A stretch of DNA of 64,000 bases from Alphaproteobacteria bacterium. Its GTDB lineage: Bacteria; Pseudomonadota; Alphaproteobacteria; SHVZ01. Below the pieces are notes generated by a model. The model had not been told where the DNA came from and did no database searches. It saw nothing but the letters and a program-made list of their open reading frames with translations. Below are positions 40,852-50,672 of the stretch, piece by piece. The number at the start of each line of letters is the position of its first letter. The first letter of the stretch is position 1. A program made the position numbers and the translations under genes. Location of the stretch: contig SHVZ01000006.1 of the NCBI GenBank assembly GCA_009694025.1, forward strand, positions 990 through 64,989, in the 5' to 3' direction.

Positions 40852-41442
40852 TCAACGAAACCGCGGCCCCGTGGCCCAGGCGACCAGCGAATGGCGCTGG
40901 CCGCGGGTCACCGGCCGGACCCGGTGCAGCGACGGCGCCGGGAAGATCGCGCCCAGCCCTTGCTCCTTGCGCGCGAACACCGGATCGATGTCGCACCAGA
41001 GCTCGAGGTCGCCGCCGTCGTAGTCGGCGGGGTCGCTCAGCTGAACCGTGAGCGACAGCTTGCGCGCGGTCGCGCCCGGCGGATTGAGCCGGCTGTCGAC
41101 GTGCCAGTCGTAGAAGCCCCTGGTGGTGTCGCCATAGGTGGTGAACTGCATGTCCTCGATCGAGGTCAGCTCGTAGCCGAAGAACACCTGGTTCATGTTG
41201 AAGAGCGTGGCGCGGATCGCTTCATAGAGGCTGGCGAAGAGTCCCTCGCGCGGGATCCAGCGGATGGTCGAAACCCGGATCGACGGATCGACGGAGACCC
41301 GGCCGATACGGCCCTCGATCGGCGGTAGCACCGAGCCGAGCTCGACGAGCTTCAGACACTGGTCGGGCGAAAGCACGCTCGGCGCCATGATCACCGGGCT
41401 CTCGCCGATGCGACTTTGGGAGGAATCAGGGTGATCGACCAT
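40852..41442 (-). CDS. 2OG-Fe(II) oxygenase (prolyl-hydroxylase-like)
   Basis: YDWHVD (HxD), RKLSLTVQLS, YDGGDL, LHRVRPVTRGQRHSLVAW; start 41442 or 41388. Confidence 0.85.
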   Translation of the reverse strand: MVDHPDSSQSRIGESPVIMAPSVLSPDQCLKLVELGSVLPPIEGRIGRVSVDPSIRVSTIRWIPREGLFASLYEAIRATLFNMNQVFFGYELTSIEDMQFTTYGDTTRGFYDWHVDSRLNPPGATARKLSLTVQLSDPADYDGGDLELWCDIDPVFARKEQGLGAIFPAPSLHRVRPVTRGQRHSLVAWATGPRFR

Positions 41443-41590
41443 TGAGCAGAGCTTCTCGAGAGCCCAAGTGATCGGCGGCCGGGGCTCGGTCGGCCGGGCG
41501 ATACTGTCCTTTAGCCGAAGCCCCGACAATGGCCGAGGATGCGCCGGCATCGGGCGCGCGCTAGCATGAAGCCCCGAAGGGAGCCTGCCC

Positions 41591-42247
41591 ATGTGGATGT
41601 TCCGAAAGAAGTCGCTTGACCTGCCGACCGCCAACCGCGCCTTGCCCGGCCGCGCCCAGGCGATGGCGGTCGAGAACCGCCACTTCGTCCATGGCAGGCC
41701 GCTGAAGCCGCCATTCCCGGCCGGCATCGAGACCGTCATCTTCGGCCTCGGCTGCTTCTGGGGCGCCGAGCGCATATTCTGGAAGGCGGACGGCGTCTTT
41801 TCCACCGCCGTCGGTTACGCCGCGGGGATCACGCCCAACCCGACCTACGAGGAGGTCTGCTCGGGCCTGACCGGCCATAACGAGGTGGTGCTGGTCGCCT
41901 TCGACCCCAAGCGTATCGCCTTCGAGGATCTGCTCCGGCTGTTCTGGGAGAGCCACGACCCGACCCAGGGCATGCGCCAGGGCAACGACGTCGGAACCCA
42001 GTACCGCTCGGGTGTCTATGTGGCGGCCGAGACCCAGCGCCGCGCGGCCGAAGCCTCCCGCGACGCCTACGGCGTGGCTCTCAAGCGTAGCGGCTACGGC
42101 CCGGTCACCACCGAGATCCTGGACGCGCCGCCGTTCTACTACGCCGAGGACTATCACCAGCAGTATCTGGCGAAGAACCCGGCCGGCTATTGCGGCATCG
42201 GCGGCACCGGCGTCGCCTGCCCCGTGGGACTAGCCGTCGCCGAATAG
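41591..42247 (+). CDS. msrA: Peptide methionine sulfoxide reductase A
   Basis: [27 protein letters not shown]. Confidence 0.96.
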   Translation: MWMFRKKSLDLPTANRALPGRAQAMAVENRHFVHGRPLKPPFPAGIETVIFGLGCFWGAERIFWKADGVFSTAVGYAAGITPNPTYEEVCSGLTGHNEVVLVAFDPKRIAFEDLLRLFWESHDPTQGMRQGNDVGTQYRSGVYVAAETQRRAAEASRDAYGVALKRSGYGPVTTEILDAPPFYYAEDYHQQYLAKNPAGYCGIGGTGVACPVGLAVAE

Positions 42248-42259
42248 CCGCTGCCCGCC

Positions 42260-43108
42260 TTAGTGGGCGAAGAAGACGGGCGTCTCGGCGTTCATGATGA
42301 TATGGCGGGTGGCACCGCCGAAGATCATCTGGCGGAGCCGGCTCTGGGTGTAGGCGCCCTTGATCATCAGGTCCGCCTTCATCGCCATCGCCTCGGCACA
42401 GAACACCTCGCCGATGGTCCGCCCGCGGGCGTCGACATGGCGGGCGGTGGCGGTCAGGCCGGACTTGGTGAGCGCGCGGGCGAGCTCGTCGCCGCTCGGC
42501 CCCGGCGCCATTCCGCCTTCGACGCTGATGACCTGGAGCTCCTTCGCCTGCTTGAGGAATGGATTGGCGAAGCCGATCGCCCTGGCCGTCTCGCTCGAGC
42601 CGTTCCAGGCGATCATGATCCGATCGCCGATGGCTGGGGTGACCTGCGGCGGCGCCATCAACACCGGGCGGCCGCTCTCGAACAAGGCGTCTTCCAGGGT
42701 CGCTTCGGCGAGCGACACCAGCCTGTCCGGCCGCTCGACCACGATCAGGTCAAAGACGCGGCCGAGCGATCCGACCACCGCGTTCTGCTGGCCTTGCTCC
42801 TCCCGCCATTCGGCGGTGACGCCGGGCGCCGACGGCTGCGCCGGGCCGAGCGGCACCTTGCGTTCCTTCATGAAGGCCTCAAAGGTCTTGCGGGCCGCCT
42901 CGCGGCGCTCCTTGTCCTCCTGCTCGAGGACCCGGTCGGCCTCGACGGGAACGGCGACGCCCATCTCTCCCCACGGGATCACCACCGGCGCGGTCGTCCC
43001 GGCCCCAAGACCGACGACATGCGAGCCGAAGCGCCGCGCCGCCAGCAGCGCGGTTTCGTAGACCGACTTCCCGCCATCGCCGCCGGGAACGGCAAGGATG
43101 CTCTTCAT
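42260..43108 (-). CDS. Universal stress protein (tandem USP domains)
   Basis: [38 protein letters not shown]. Confidence 0.9.
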   Translation of the reverse strand: MKSILAVPGGDGGKSVYETALLAARRFGSHVVGLGAGTTAPVVIPWGEMGVAVPVEADRVLEQEDKERREAARKTFEAFMKERKVPLGPAQPSAPGVTAEWREEQGQQNAVVGSLGRVFDLIVVERPDRLVSLAEATLEDALFESGRPVLMAPPQVTPAIGDRIMIAWNGSSETARAIGFANPFLKQAKELQVISVEGGMAPGPSGDELARALTKSGLTATARHVDARGRTIGEVFCAEAMAMKADLMIKGAYTQSRLRQMIFGGATRHIIMNAETPVFFAH

Positions 43109-43283
43109 GACCCCCTCCTCCGTCCGAAGCCTGCCCCTTCTACATGGGCATGTGCTTGGCAGGATTATACATCTGAGCGCCGATTGCTAGCGGCGACGAG
43201 TTGAAGGCAGCGGCGCGGTAGACCCGGGGACCGCCGGCGCGCAATACTTCACGGTCGTTCCGCCGTCCGCTCCGGAGCCCCCA

Positions 43284-44735
43284 ATGAAGCTGTTTGTCGC
43301 CGGCATGGCGCATGAGACCAATACCTTTTCGCCGCTGCCCACCTCCAAGCGCGCCTTCGAAGAGCTGATGGTCCGGCCGAAGACCGGCCAGGGGCTCGAC
43401 CGCATGGGCGACGCCTTCGGCTACAAGGACTTCATCCGCCTGGGCGAGCAGTCGCAGATGCAGGTGACCAAGAGCCTGTTCTGCGCCGCCCAGCCGAGCG
43501 CGCCGACGGTCCAGAAGGACTACGAGGAGCTGAGGGACGAGATCCTGGACGACCTCAAGGCCGCCATGCCGGTCGACATGGTGCTGCTGATGCTGCACGG
43601 CGCGCAGATGGCCCAAGGCTACGACGACTGCGAGGGCGACATCATTGAGAAGGCGCGCGCCATCGTCGGGCCGAGCGTACCGATCGGGGTCGAGCTCGAC
43701 CTCCACGCCAACGTCACCAAGGCGATGATGGCGAACTCGACCGTCCTCATGGTGTGCAAGGAGTATCCGCACATCGACTTCGACAAGCGCGCCGAGCAGC
43801 TCTTCGACCTCTGCCTCCGCGCCCGGCGGGGCGACGTCAGGCCGGTGATGGTCAAGTTCGACGTTCCCATGCTCGGCGCCTTCCCGACCACCCGCGAGCC
43901 GCTCCGATCCTTCGTCGACGAGACCGCGGCCATGGAAGGCAAGGACGGGATCCTCTCGGTCTCGCTCGTCCACGGCTTCGCCTGGTCGGACTTCCCCGAG
44001 ATGGGGGCGAGCGTGGTGGTGGTCGCCGACGGCGACATCGGCAAGGCCAAGGCCCTGGCCGAGTCCCTCGGCAAGCGTTTCTTCAATATGCGCGAGAAGA
44101 TCGAGAGCCCGCTGATCACCCTCGACCAGGCGCTGGACCAGGCGCTGGCCGAGCCCAAGGGCCCGGTGGTGATGGCCGACCGTTCGGACAACGCCGGCGG
44201 CGGCGCCCCCGGCGACTCGACATACTTCCTCGAGGCGATGCTGAAACGCGGGATCAGGAACGCGGCCCTGTCGATGCTCTGGGATCCGATGTCGGTCCAG
44301 TCGTGCTTCGATGCCGGCGTCGGCGCGACCCTCGATCTGCGCATCGGCGGCAAGACCGGCAAGTTCTCCGGGCTTCCGCTCGACGTCACCGCAAAGGTGA
44401 CCGCGCTCGCCGAGAATCCGCGTCAGTTCATGTTCGGCGCCGTCGCGCCGCTCGGACGCTCGGCCGCCATCCACGTCGATGGCATCGACATCGTGCTGAA
44501 CTCGATCCGCCAGCAGACCTTCAGCCCCGAGGCCTTCTCCGAGCTCGGCGTCGACCCGAAGAAGCGGAAGATCCTGGTGGTGAAGTCGACCCAGCATTTC
44601 CACGCCTGCTTCGCCCCGATCGCCGCCAAGATCATCTATGTCGGCGCGCCCGGCACGCTGTCGACCAACTATCTGCAGTTCCCCTACAAGCACATGCCGC
44701 GGCCGATGGCGCCGCTCGACAAGGCGAGTCTCTAG
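43284..44735 (+). CDS. M81 family metallopeptidase (MlrC-like), copy 1
   Basis: HETNTFS, LHGA, DLHAN, YPHID, DNAGGGAPGD, VKSTQHF. Confidence 0.92.
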   Translation: MKLFVAGMAHETNTFSPLPTSKRAFEELMVRPKTGQGLDRMGDAFGYKDFIRLGEQSQMQVTKSLFCAAQPSAPTVQKDYEELRDEILDDLKAAMPVDMVLLMLHGAQMAQGYDDCEGDIIEKARAIVGPSVPIGVELDLHANVTKAMMANSTVLMVCKEYPHIDFDKRAEQLFDLCLRARRGDVRPVMVKFDVPMLGAFPTTREPLRSFVDETAAMEGKDGILSVSLVHGFAWSDFPEMGASVVVVADGDIGKAKALAESLGKRFFNMREKIESPLITLDQALDQALAEPKGPVVMADRSDNAGGGAPGDSTYFLEAMLKRGIRNAALSMLWDPMSVQSCFDAGVGATLDLRIGGKTGKFSGLPLDVTAKVTALAENPRQFMFGAVAPLGRSAAIHVDGIDIVLNSIRQQTFSPEAFSELGVDPKKRKILVVKSTQHFHACFAPIAAKIIYVGAPGTLSTNYLQFPYKHMPRPMAPLDKASL

Positions 44736-44739
44736 CATC

Positions 44740-46191
44740 ATGAAGCTGTTCGTCGCCGGCATCAGCCACGAGACCAACAGCTTCTCGCCGCTGCCGACCT
44801 CCAAGCGCAGCTTCCAGGAGCTGATGATCCGGCCGAAGACCGGCCAGGGACTCGACCGCCTGAACGATGCGGTCGGCTACTGCGACTTCATCCGCCTCGG
44901 CGAGGAATCGCAGATGCGGGTGACGAAGAGCCTGTACTGCGAGGCGCAGCCGAGCGCGCCGATGGGACAGCGCGACTACGAGGAGCTGCGCGACGAGATC
45001 CTAGACGACCTCAAGGCCGACATGCCGGTCGACATGGTGCTGCTGATGCTGCACGGCGCCCATGTCGCCCAGGGCTACGACGACTGCGAGGGCGACATCG
45101 CCGAGCGCGTGCGCGCCATCGTCGGGCCGAAGGTGCCGATCGGCATCGAGCTCGATCTCCACGCCAACGTCACCCGGAAAATGCTGGCGAACGCGACCGC
45201 GCTGATGGCGTGCAAGGAGTATCCGCACATCGATTTCGCCGAGCGGGCGAAGGACCTGTTCGAGCTCTGCCGGCGAACGGCCAAGGGCGAGGTCAAGCCG
45301 GTGATGGCCAAGTTCGACGTCCCCATGCTCGGCAATTTCCCGACGACGCGCGAGCCGCTCCGCTCATTCGTCGACGAGACCGCGGCCATGGAAGGCAAGG
45401 ACGGGATCCTCTCGGTCTCCCTCATCCACGGGTTCGCCTGGGCCGACTTCCCCGAGATGGGGGCGAGCGTGGTGGTCGTCGCCGACGGCGACTCGGCCAA
45501 GGCCAAGGCCCTGGCCGAGACCCTCGGCAAGCGCTTCTTCAACATGCGCGAGAAGATCGCGAGCCCGCTGGTGTCGCTGGAGCCCGCGCTCGATCAGGCG
45601 CTGGCCGAGCCCACGGGTCCGGTGGTGATGGCCGACCGCTCGGACAATGCCGGCGGCGGCGCCCCCGGCGACTCGACCTATGTCCTGGACGCCATGCTGA
45701 GGCGCCGCATCAGGAACGCGGCGCTCGCCATGATCTGGGATCCGATGTCGGTCCAGTCGTGCTTCGATGCCGGCGTCGGCGCGACCCTCGATCTGCGCAT
45801 CGGCGGCAAGACCGGTAAGTTCTCAGGACTCCCGCTGGACGTGACCGCGACGGTGACGGCGCTTGCCGAGAAGCCCCGCCAGTTCGTGTTCGGGGCCGCG
45901 GCCCCGCTCGGACACTCGGCGGCGATCCGGGTCGAGGGGATCGACGTGGTGCTGAACTCGATCCGCCAGCAGACCTTCAGCCTGGAATGCTTCACCGAGC
46001 TCGGCATCGACCCCAAGACGAAGAAGATACTCGCGGTGAAGTCGGCCCAGCACTTCCACGCCGCCTTCGCGCCGATCGCCGCCAGGATTCTCTACGTCGA
46101 TGCGCCGGGCGCGCTCTCGACCGACTACCAGCAATACCCGTTCAAGCGCATGCGCCGACCGATGGCGCCGCTCGACCCGGTCACGCTTTAG
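44740..46191 (+). CDS. M81 family metallopeptidase (MlrC-like), copy 2
   Basis: Same motifs; 483 aa and colinear with copy 1. Confidence 0.92.
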   Translation: MKLFVAGISHETNSFSPLPTSKRSFQELMIRPKTGQGLDRLNDAVGYCDFIRLGEESQMRVTKSLYCEAQPSAPMGQRDYEELRDEILDDLKADMPVDMVLLMLHGAHVAQGYDDCEGDIAERVRAIVGPKVPIGIELDLHANVTRKMLANATALMACKEYPHIDFAERAKDLFELCRRTAKGEVKPVMAKFDVPMLGNFPTTREPLRSFVDETAAMEGKDGILSVSLIHGFAWADFPEMGASVVVVADGDSAKAKALAETLGKRFFNMREKIASPLVSLEPALDQALAEPTGPVVMADRSDNAGGGAPGDSTYVLDAMLRRRIRNAALAMIWDPMSVQSCFDAGVGATLDLRIGGKTGKFSGLPLDVTATVTALAEKPRQFVFGAAAPLGHSAAIRVEGIDVVLNSIRQQTFSLECFTELGIDPKTKKILAVKSAQHFHAAFAPIAARILYVDAPGALSTDYQQYPFKRMRRPMAPLDPVTL

Positions 46192-46260
46192 ACGGAAAAG
46201 GTCAGGGGCGCGGCCTCGCGGCCGCGCCCAATTGTAAGCTCAGATCGGGATCGGAGGGCC

Positions 46261-46596
46261 CTACGCGGCGGCCTCGTCCCTATTGCGGTAGGCAAGGGCG
46301 CAATGGGAGGTGCAATAGGGCCGCGACGGCGCCGCCTGCGCCCCGCAGAAATGGAACCCGGCCTCGCCCGGATGGCCGATCGGCCAGCGGCAGCCACGGT
46401 CGCTCACCATCGCAACCATGGCCGGCTTCGGCTTCGCCTTGGCCGGGCTGGGTTGGGAGAGTCCGATCCGGTGGGCTTTGCCGATGACGGCATTGCGTGT
46501 CACGCCGCCGCCGAGCGTCTCGGCGATCTGGCGTGCGCTCATGCCTTTCGCCCACATATCCTTGAGTTGCTGAACTCGGTCCTCGCTCCACTCCAC
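46261..46596 (-). CDS. gcrA: GcrA family cell-cycle regulator (compact)
   Basis: WSEDRVQQLKDMW..GMSARQIA..VTRNAVIGKAHRIGL; CRWPIG..FHFCG..PYCTSH; GGGAGG RBS before the GTG. Confidence 0.9.
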   Translation of the reverse strand: MEWSEDRVQQLKDMWAKGMSARQIAETLGGGVTRNAVIGKAHRIGLSQPSPAKAKPKPAMVAMVSDRGCRWPIGHPGEAGFHFCGAQAAPSRPYCTSHCALAYRNRDEAAA

Positions 46597-46846
46597 GGTG
46601 GCCTCCCATCGAAGATCTAGGGGCATATCAACGTCGCTCTAACTATATTCGGTGGACGAGGCGAGAGCGAGTCATTTGCTGAGTCCCGCACGCCCCGGCC
46701 GACTCCGGGGCGGCGTCGGGCCGCGCCCATCGGCGAATCGGCCTTCCGCCGGCCTCGTGCCTGGCACGAAGTCCCCTGTGTTAGCCTTGGCGGTTCGAAA
46801 TCCCCAATCCGCGATCCAGGGCTCAACAATCGGGAGAGTGAAGAGG

Positions 46847-48439
46847 ATGTCGAAACCCACGAATCGATGGGCGGGCGGACTGGTGGGGCTCGCGTCCTCG
46901 CTGGTCGTCGCTCTCGCCATTGCCCAACCCGCCTCGGCGCAAAAGGTTCTCCGCGTGGTCCCCCATGCCGACCTCAAGGTTCTGGACGGCTACCAGACGA
47001 CGGCGACGATCACCGGGATGCACATGATCTCGGTCTACGACACGCTGTTCTCATGGGACGAGAAGCTCGAAGTGAAGCCGCAGATGGTCGAGGGCTATAC
47101 GGTCACGCCGGACAAGCTGAAATACACCTTCACCCTCCGGCCGGGGCAGAAGTTCCATGACGGGACGCCGGTGACGTCCAAGGACGTCGTCGCGTCGGTC
47201 AAGCGCATGCTCGTGCGCGAGACCGTGGCGAAGGTGGCCGCTCCCTATGTCGCCAGCGTCGATGGCATCGACGACAAGACCTTCTCGATCACGCTGAAGG
47301 AGCCCTTCGGCTTCCTGACGCTGATGCTCCCGGGCACTTCGACCGCCTATGCCGGCATCTTCCGGGAGAAGGAGGCGCTGACCGATCCGAACACGCCGAT
47401 CACCGAGACCATCGGCTCGGGTCCCTTCACCTTCAACAGGGCCGAGTGGGTCCCCGGCGCCAAGGTCGTCTACGACAAGAACAAGAACTACGTGCCGAGG
47501 AGCGAGCCGCAGAGCGCGCTTGCCGGCGGCAAGGTCGTCAAGCTCGACCGGGTCGAATACAAGGTCATCCCGGATGCGGCGACCGCCTTTTCCGCGCTGG
47601 GCGCGGGCGAGGTCGACCTTCTCGATCAGCCGACCCTCGATCTGATCCCGACCGTGGAGAAGAATCCGGACGTGGTCATCACCAACCCGACGCTGCTCGA
47701 GAACTACGGCGGGCTCCGTCCGAACGTGCTGTTCCCGCCCTTCAACCATCCGAAGGCCCGCCAGGCCCTGGCACTGATGGTCAATCAGGCCGAGTACGCC
47801 CAGGCCGCCTACGGCGACCGGAAGTACTGGCGCACCTGCATGTCGATGCTGGTCTGCGGCGGTCCGTTCGGCAGCGAGGCCGGTGGCGAGCCCTACGCCA
47901 AGCAGGACCTGGAGAAGGCCCGCCAGCTCCTGAAGGAGTCCGGGTACAACGGCGAGAAGATCGTGGTGATCGGCGCCGCCGACATCCCGAGCCTGAACGC
48001 GCTGACGCTGATGACGATCGAGAACCTGAAGAAGATCGGCGCCAACGTCGAGCCGGTCATCGCCGACTGGGGCTCGATCGTCACCCGGCGCTCCAAGATG
48101 GACCCGCCGGACAAGGGCGGCTGGCACATCTTCCACACCACCTTCGGCGGCCCCGGCGGCTCGAACCCGCTGACCAGCCTTCCCGCCGCCACGGCCTGCG
48201 AGAAGTCCTGGTTCGGCTGGCCGTGCGACAAGGTCGCGTCGGACATCCTGGCCAAGTTCGCGGCCGAGACCGATCCGGCGAAACAGAAGGAGATCGGCGT
48301 CGAGTACCAGAAACGCTTGTGGGAGGTGATCCCGTTCGTGCCGCTGGCTCAGTACACGCAGCCGATTCCCCACCGCAAGAACGTGACCGGCACCGTCAAG
48401 TCGCCGATCCAGTTCTTCTGGGGCATCGACAAGTCCTGA
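46847..48439 (+). CDS. ABC peptide/nickel family (SBP_bac_5) substrate-binding protein
   Basis: Signal peptide; YDTLF, FTLRPGQKFHDG, IGSGPF, PPFNHPKARQA. Confidence 0.92.
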   Translation: MSKPTNRWAGGLVGLASSLVVALAIAQPASAQKVLRVVPHADLKVLDGYQTTATITGMHMISVYDTLFSWDEKLEVKPQMVEGYTVTPDKLKYTFTLRPGQKFHDGTPVTSKDVVASVKRMLVRETVAKVAAPYVASVDGIDDKTFSITLKEPFGFLTLMLPGTSTAYAGIFREKEALTDPNTPITETIGSGPFTFNRAEWVPGAKVVYDKNKNYVPRSEPQSALAGGKVVKLDRVEYKVIPDAATAFSALGAGEVDLLDQPTLDLIPTVEKNPDVVITNPTLLENYGGLRPNVLFPPFNHPKARQALALMVNQAEYAQAAYGDRKYWRTCMSMLVCGGPFGSEAGGEPYAKQDLEKARQLLKESGYNGEKIVVIGAADIPSLNALTLMTIENLKKIGANVEPVIADWGSIVTRRSKMDPPDKGGWHIFHTTFGGPGGSNPLTSLPAATACEKSWFGWPCDKVASDILAKFAAETDPAKQKEIGVEYQKRLWEVIPFVPLAQYTQPIPHRKNVTGTVKSPIQFFWGIDKS

Positions 48440-48462
48440 CGCCCCGGCGTCCGGGCAAAGAA

Positions 48463-48494
48463 AAGGGCGGCGCGACTTTCGTCGCGCCGCCCTT
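48463..48494. terminator. Likely bidirectional intrinsic terminator
   Basis: 14-bp stem AAGGGCGGCGCGAC-TTTC-GTCGCGCCGCCCTT with A-rich and T-rich flanks, between convergent genes. Confidence 0.8.
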
Positions 48495-48512
48495 CTCGCT
48501 TTCAGGCCGACG

Positions 48513-50099
48513 TCAGCTCTTGTCGACGTTCCAGAAGGCGATGATGGTCGACTTCAGGAGGCCGGTGACGTTCTTGCGGAAGAACGTCGGCTGGCTGTAC
48601 TGGCCGGTGACCGCCAGCGGCGAAACCTCGAACAGACGCTTGTGATAGGCCTCGGCGAGGCGCTTCTGGTCTGCCGGCGTGGCCGCCGCCAGGAACTGGT
48701 CGCGCAGCTTCATCGCTTCTTGGTCGCACGGCCAGCCGAACCAGTTCTTCTGCGCGCAGTCGGCGTTGACGGCGACGTTGGTCAGCGGGTGGTGCATGGA
48801 GACGCCGCCCCAGGTGGTGTGGAAGATGTTCCAGCCGCCCTGCTCCGGAGCCTCCTTCTTCGCCCGCCGGGTGACGATCGAGCCCCAGTCCGCCAGCACG
48901 ACCTCGACGTTGCCGCCGATCGCCTTCAGCTTATCCGCGGTAACCAGCGTCATCGCGTGGAGCGAGGGAAGATCGGAGGCGCCGATGATGGTGATCTTCT
49001 CGCCCTTGTATCCGGACTCGGCAAGGAGCTGCCTCGCCTTGGCCATGTCGGCTTTCCTGTAGGGCTCCGATCCCGCGTCGGTGCCGAAGGGCGCGCCGCA
49101 GACGAAGTAGGAATAGCAGACGCTCCACAGCCGCTCGTCGTCACCGAAGCCGGCGCGGAGATAGTCGAGCTGGTCGACCATCATCTGCAGCGCCTGGCGC
49201 GCCTTCACGTTGTTGAAGGGCGGGTGCAGGTGGTTCGGGCGGATGACGCCGACCGCCGGAACCGGGAACAGCGCCTCCATCCTGACGTCCGGGTTGTTCT
49301 TGACCAGCTTCACCATGTCGAGCGGAGGCTGGTCGACCAGGTCGACCTCGCCCTGGTTGAGCGCGGCGATCGAGGTCGCGGAATCCGGGATGACCTTGTA
49401 TTCGACCCGGTCGATCTTGACGACCTTGCCGCCGGAAAGCCCGCTCGGCGGCTCGGCGCGCGCCACGTAATCCTTGTTCCGGTCGTAGATGACCTTCGAG
49501 CCCGGGACCCACTCGGCCTTGTTGAAGGTGAAGGGACCGGAGCCGATGGTCTCGGTGACCACCGTGCCGATGTCGACCGAGGCCTCCTTCTCGCGCATGA
49601 TGATCGGAAGCTGGCCGCCGGACGACGCGAGCGAGAAGAGGACCGGACCGTAGGGCTCCTTCAGCTTCAGGGTGAAGGTCTTGTCGTCGGTCGCCTCCAG
49701 CGACGCCATCCGGTCCTGGAGAGAGCCGCCGACCGAATCCTTCTTCATCCAGCGGGTCAGCGAGGCGACCACGTCCTTGGATGTCACCGGCGAGCCGTCA
49801 TGGAACTTGAGGCCGGGGCGAAGCGTGAAGGTGTAGGTGAGGCTGTCGGCCGAGACCTTGTGGTCGGCGACCATCTGCGGCTTCGCCTCGAGCTTCTCGT
49901 CCCAGTTGTAGAGGAAGTCGTAGATCGCGACGCCGTGCATCAGCGTGATGGTGGCGGTGGTCGTAGTCGGGTCGAGAACCTTGAGGTCGGCGTGCGGCAC
50001 CACCCGCAGCACCTTCTGGGCCGCGGCCGGCGTGGCCGCGAGTCCGATCGCAGCGGCGACGGCCATCGCCGCGCCGAAGATCCTGGGAATCGCTGTCAT
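48513..50099 (-). CDS. ABC SBP_bac_5 substrate-binding protein, paralog of 46847..48439
   Basis: Shares QKVLRVVPHADLKVLD, IGSGPFTFN, WFGWPCD and terminal DKS. Confidence 0.92.
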   Translation of the reverse strand: MTAIPRIFGAAMAVAAAIGLAATPAAAQKVLRVVPHADLKVLDPTTTTATITLMHGVAIYDFLYNWDEKLEAKPQMVADHKVSADSLTYTFTLRPGLKFHDGSPVTSKDVVASLTRWMKKDSVGGSLQDRMASLEATDDKTFTLKLKEPYGPVLFSLASSGGQLPIIMREKEASVDIGTVVTETIGSGPFTFNKAEWVPGSKVIYDRNKDYVARAEPPSGLSGGKVVKIDRVEYKVIPDSATSIAALNQGEVDLVDQPPLDMVKLVKNNPDVRMEALFPVPAVGVIRPNHLHPPFNNVKARQALQMMVDQLDYLRAGFGDDERLWSVCYSYFVCGAPFGTDAGSEPYRKADMAKARQLLAESGYKGEKITIIGASDLPSLHAMTLVTADKLKAIGGNVEVVLADWGSIVTRRAKKEAPEQGGWNIFHTTWGGVSMHHPLTNVAVNADCAQKNWFGWPCDQEAMKLRDQFLAAATPADQKRLAEAYHKRLFEVSPLAVTGQYSQPTFFRKNVTGLLKSTIIAFWNVDKS

Positions 50100-50230
50100 C
50101 GATGTCGTCTCCCTGATGATTGGCGGGAGCGAGGCCCCCTGACTCTTGCGGCTTCGCAGACCGCTCCCGCCTCCCGATGCAGGGAGGCTAGCAGTCCTGC
50201 GCCGTCACGAACAGATCGTAGGTAGCCCCC

Positions 50231-50671
50231 CTACCCACGCCCTTCTCCGCCCTCGGCCTTCTTCGCCCGCGAGAAGCGGACGAGGGCCATCTCGTCCAGG
50301 TCGTTCTGGTCGAGCTTCGCCAGACGTTGCGCTTCGCGCTTCTCGCGGTTGGCCTGGGTGATCTCAGCCTGCTTCAACTCGAGGAAGAGGCCGGAGAGCT
50401 CGTCGCGCACCCGCTCGACCTCGACGTCGGCGGCGCGGATCGCGTTCTCCGCGTCCGCGCGCCGCTTGAGGAAACGTTTGGCGTAGTTGGCGTAACCCTG
50501 GCCGGCCTCGTAGGACGCGCTCGCCGCCTGCTGTTCGCGCTTGAGCTCGGCCTCCAACGCGATCAGCGCCTGCCGGCAGGCCTCGGCCACGGCCTCGCGC
50601 TCGGCAAGCTCGCGCCGCTTCTCGTCGACGCGCCACTGCACCAGGCGGATGAGGCTGCCGAGATCCTTCAC
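50231..50671 (-). CDS. fliJ: Flagellar export protein FliJ
   Basis: Coiled coil, LIRLVQWRVDEKRRELA...LDEMA; immediately downstream of fliI. Confidence 0.8.
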   Translation of the reverse strand: MKDLGSLIRLVQWRVDEKRRELAEREAVAEACRQALIALEAELKREQQAASASYEAGQGYANYAKRFLKRRADAENAIRAADVEVERVRDELSGLFLELKQAEITQANREKREAQRLAKLDQNDLDEMALVRFSRAKKAEGGEGRG

Positions 50672-50672
50672 G

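Noticed and set aside
40715-46191. Prophage or integrative island at tRNA-Thr
   Set aside because: No integrase, no visible att repeat and no obvious compositional shift.
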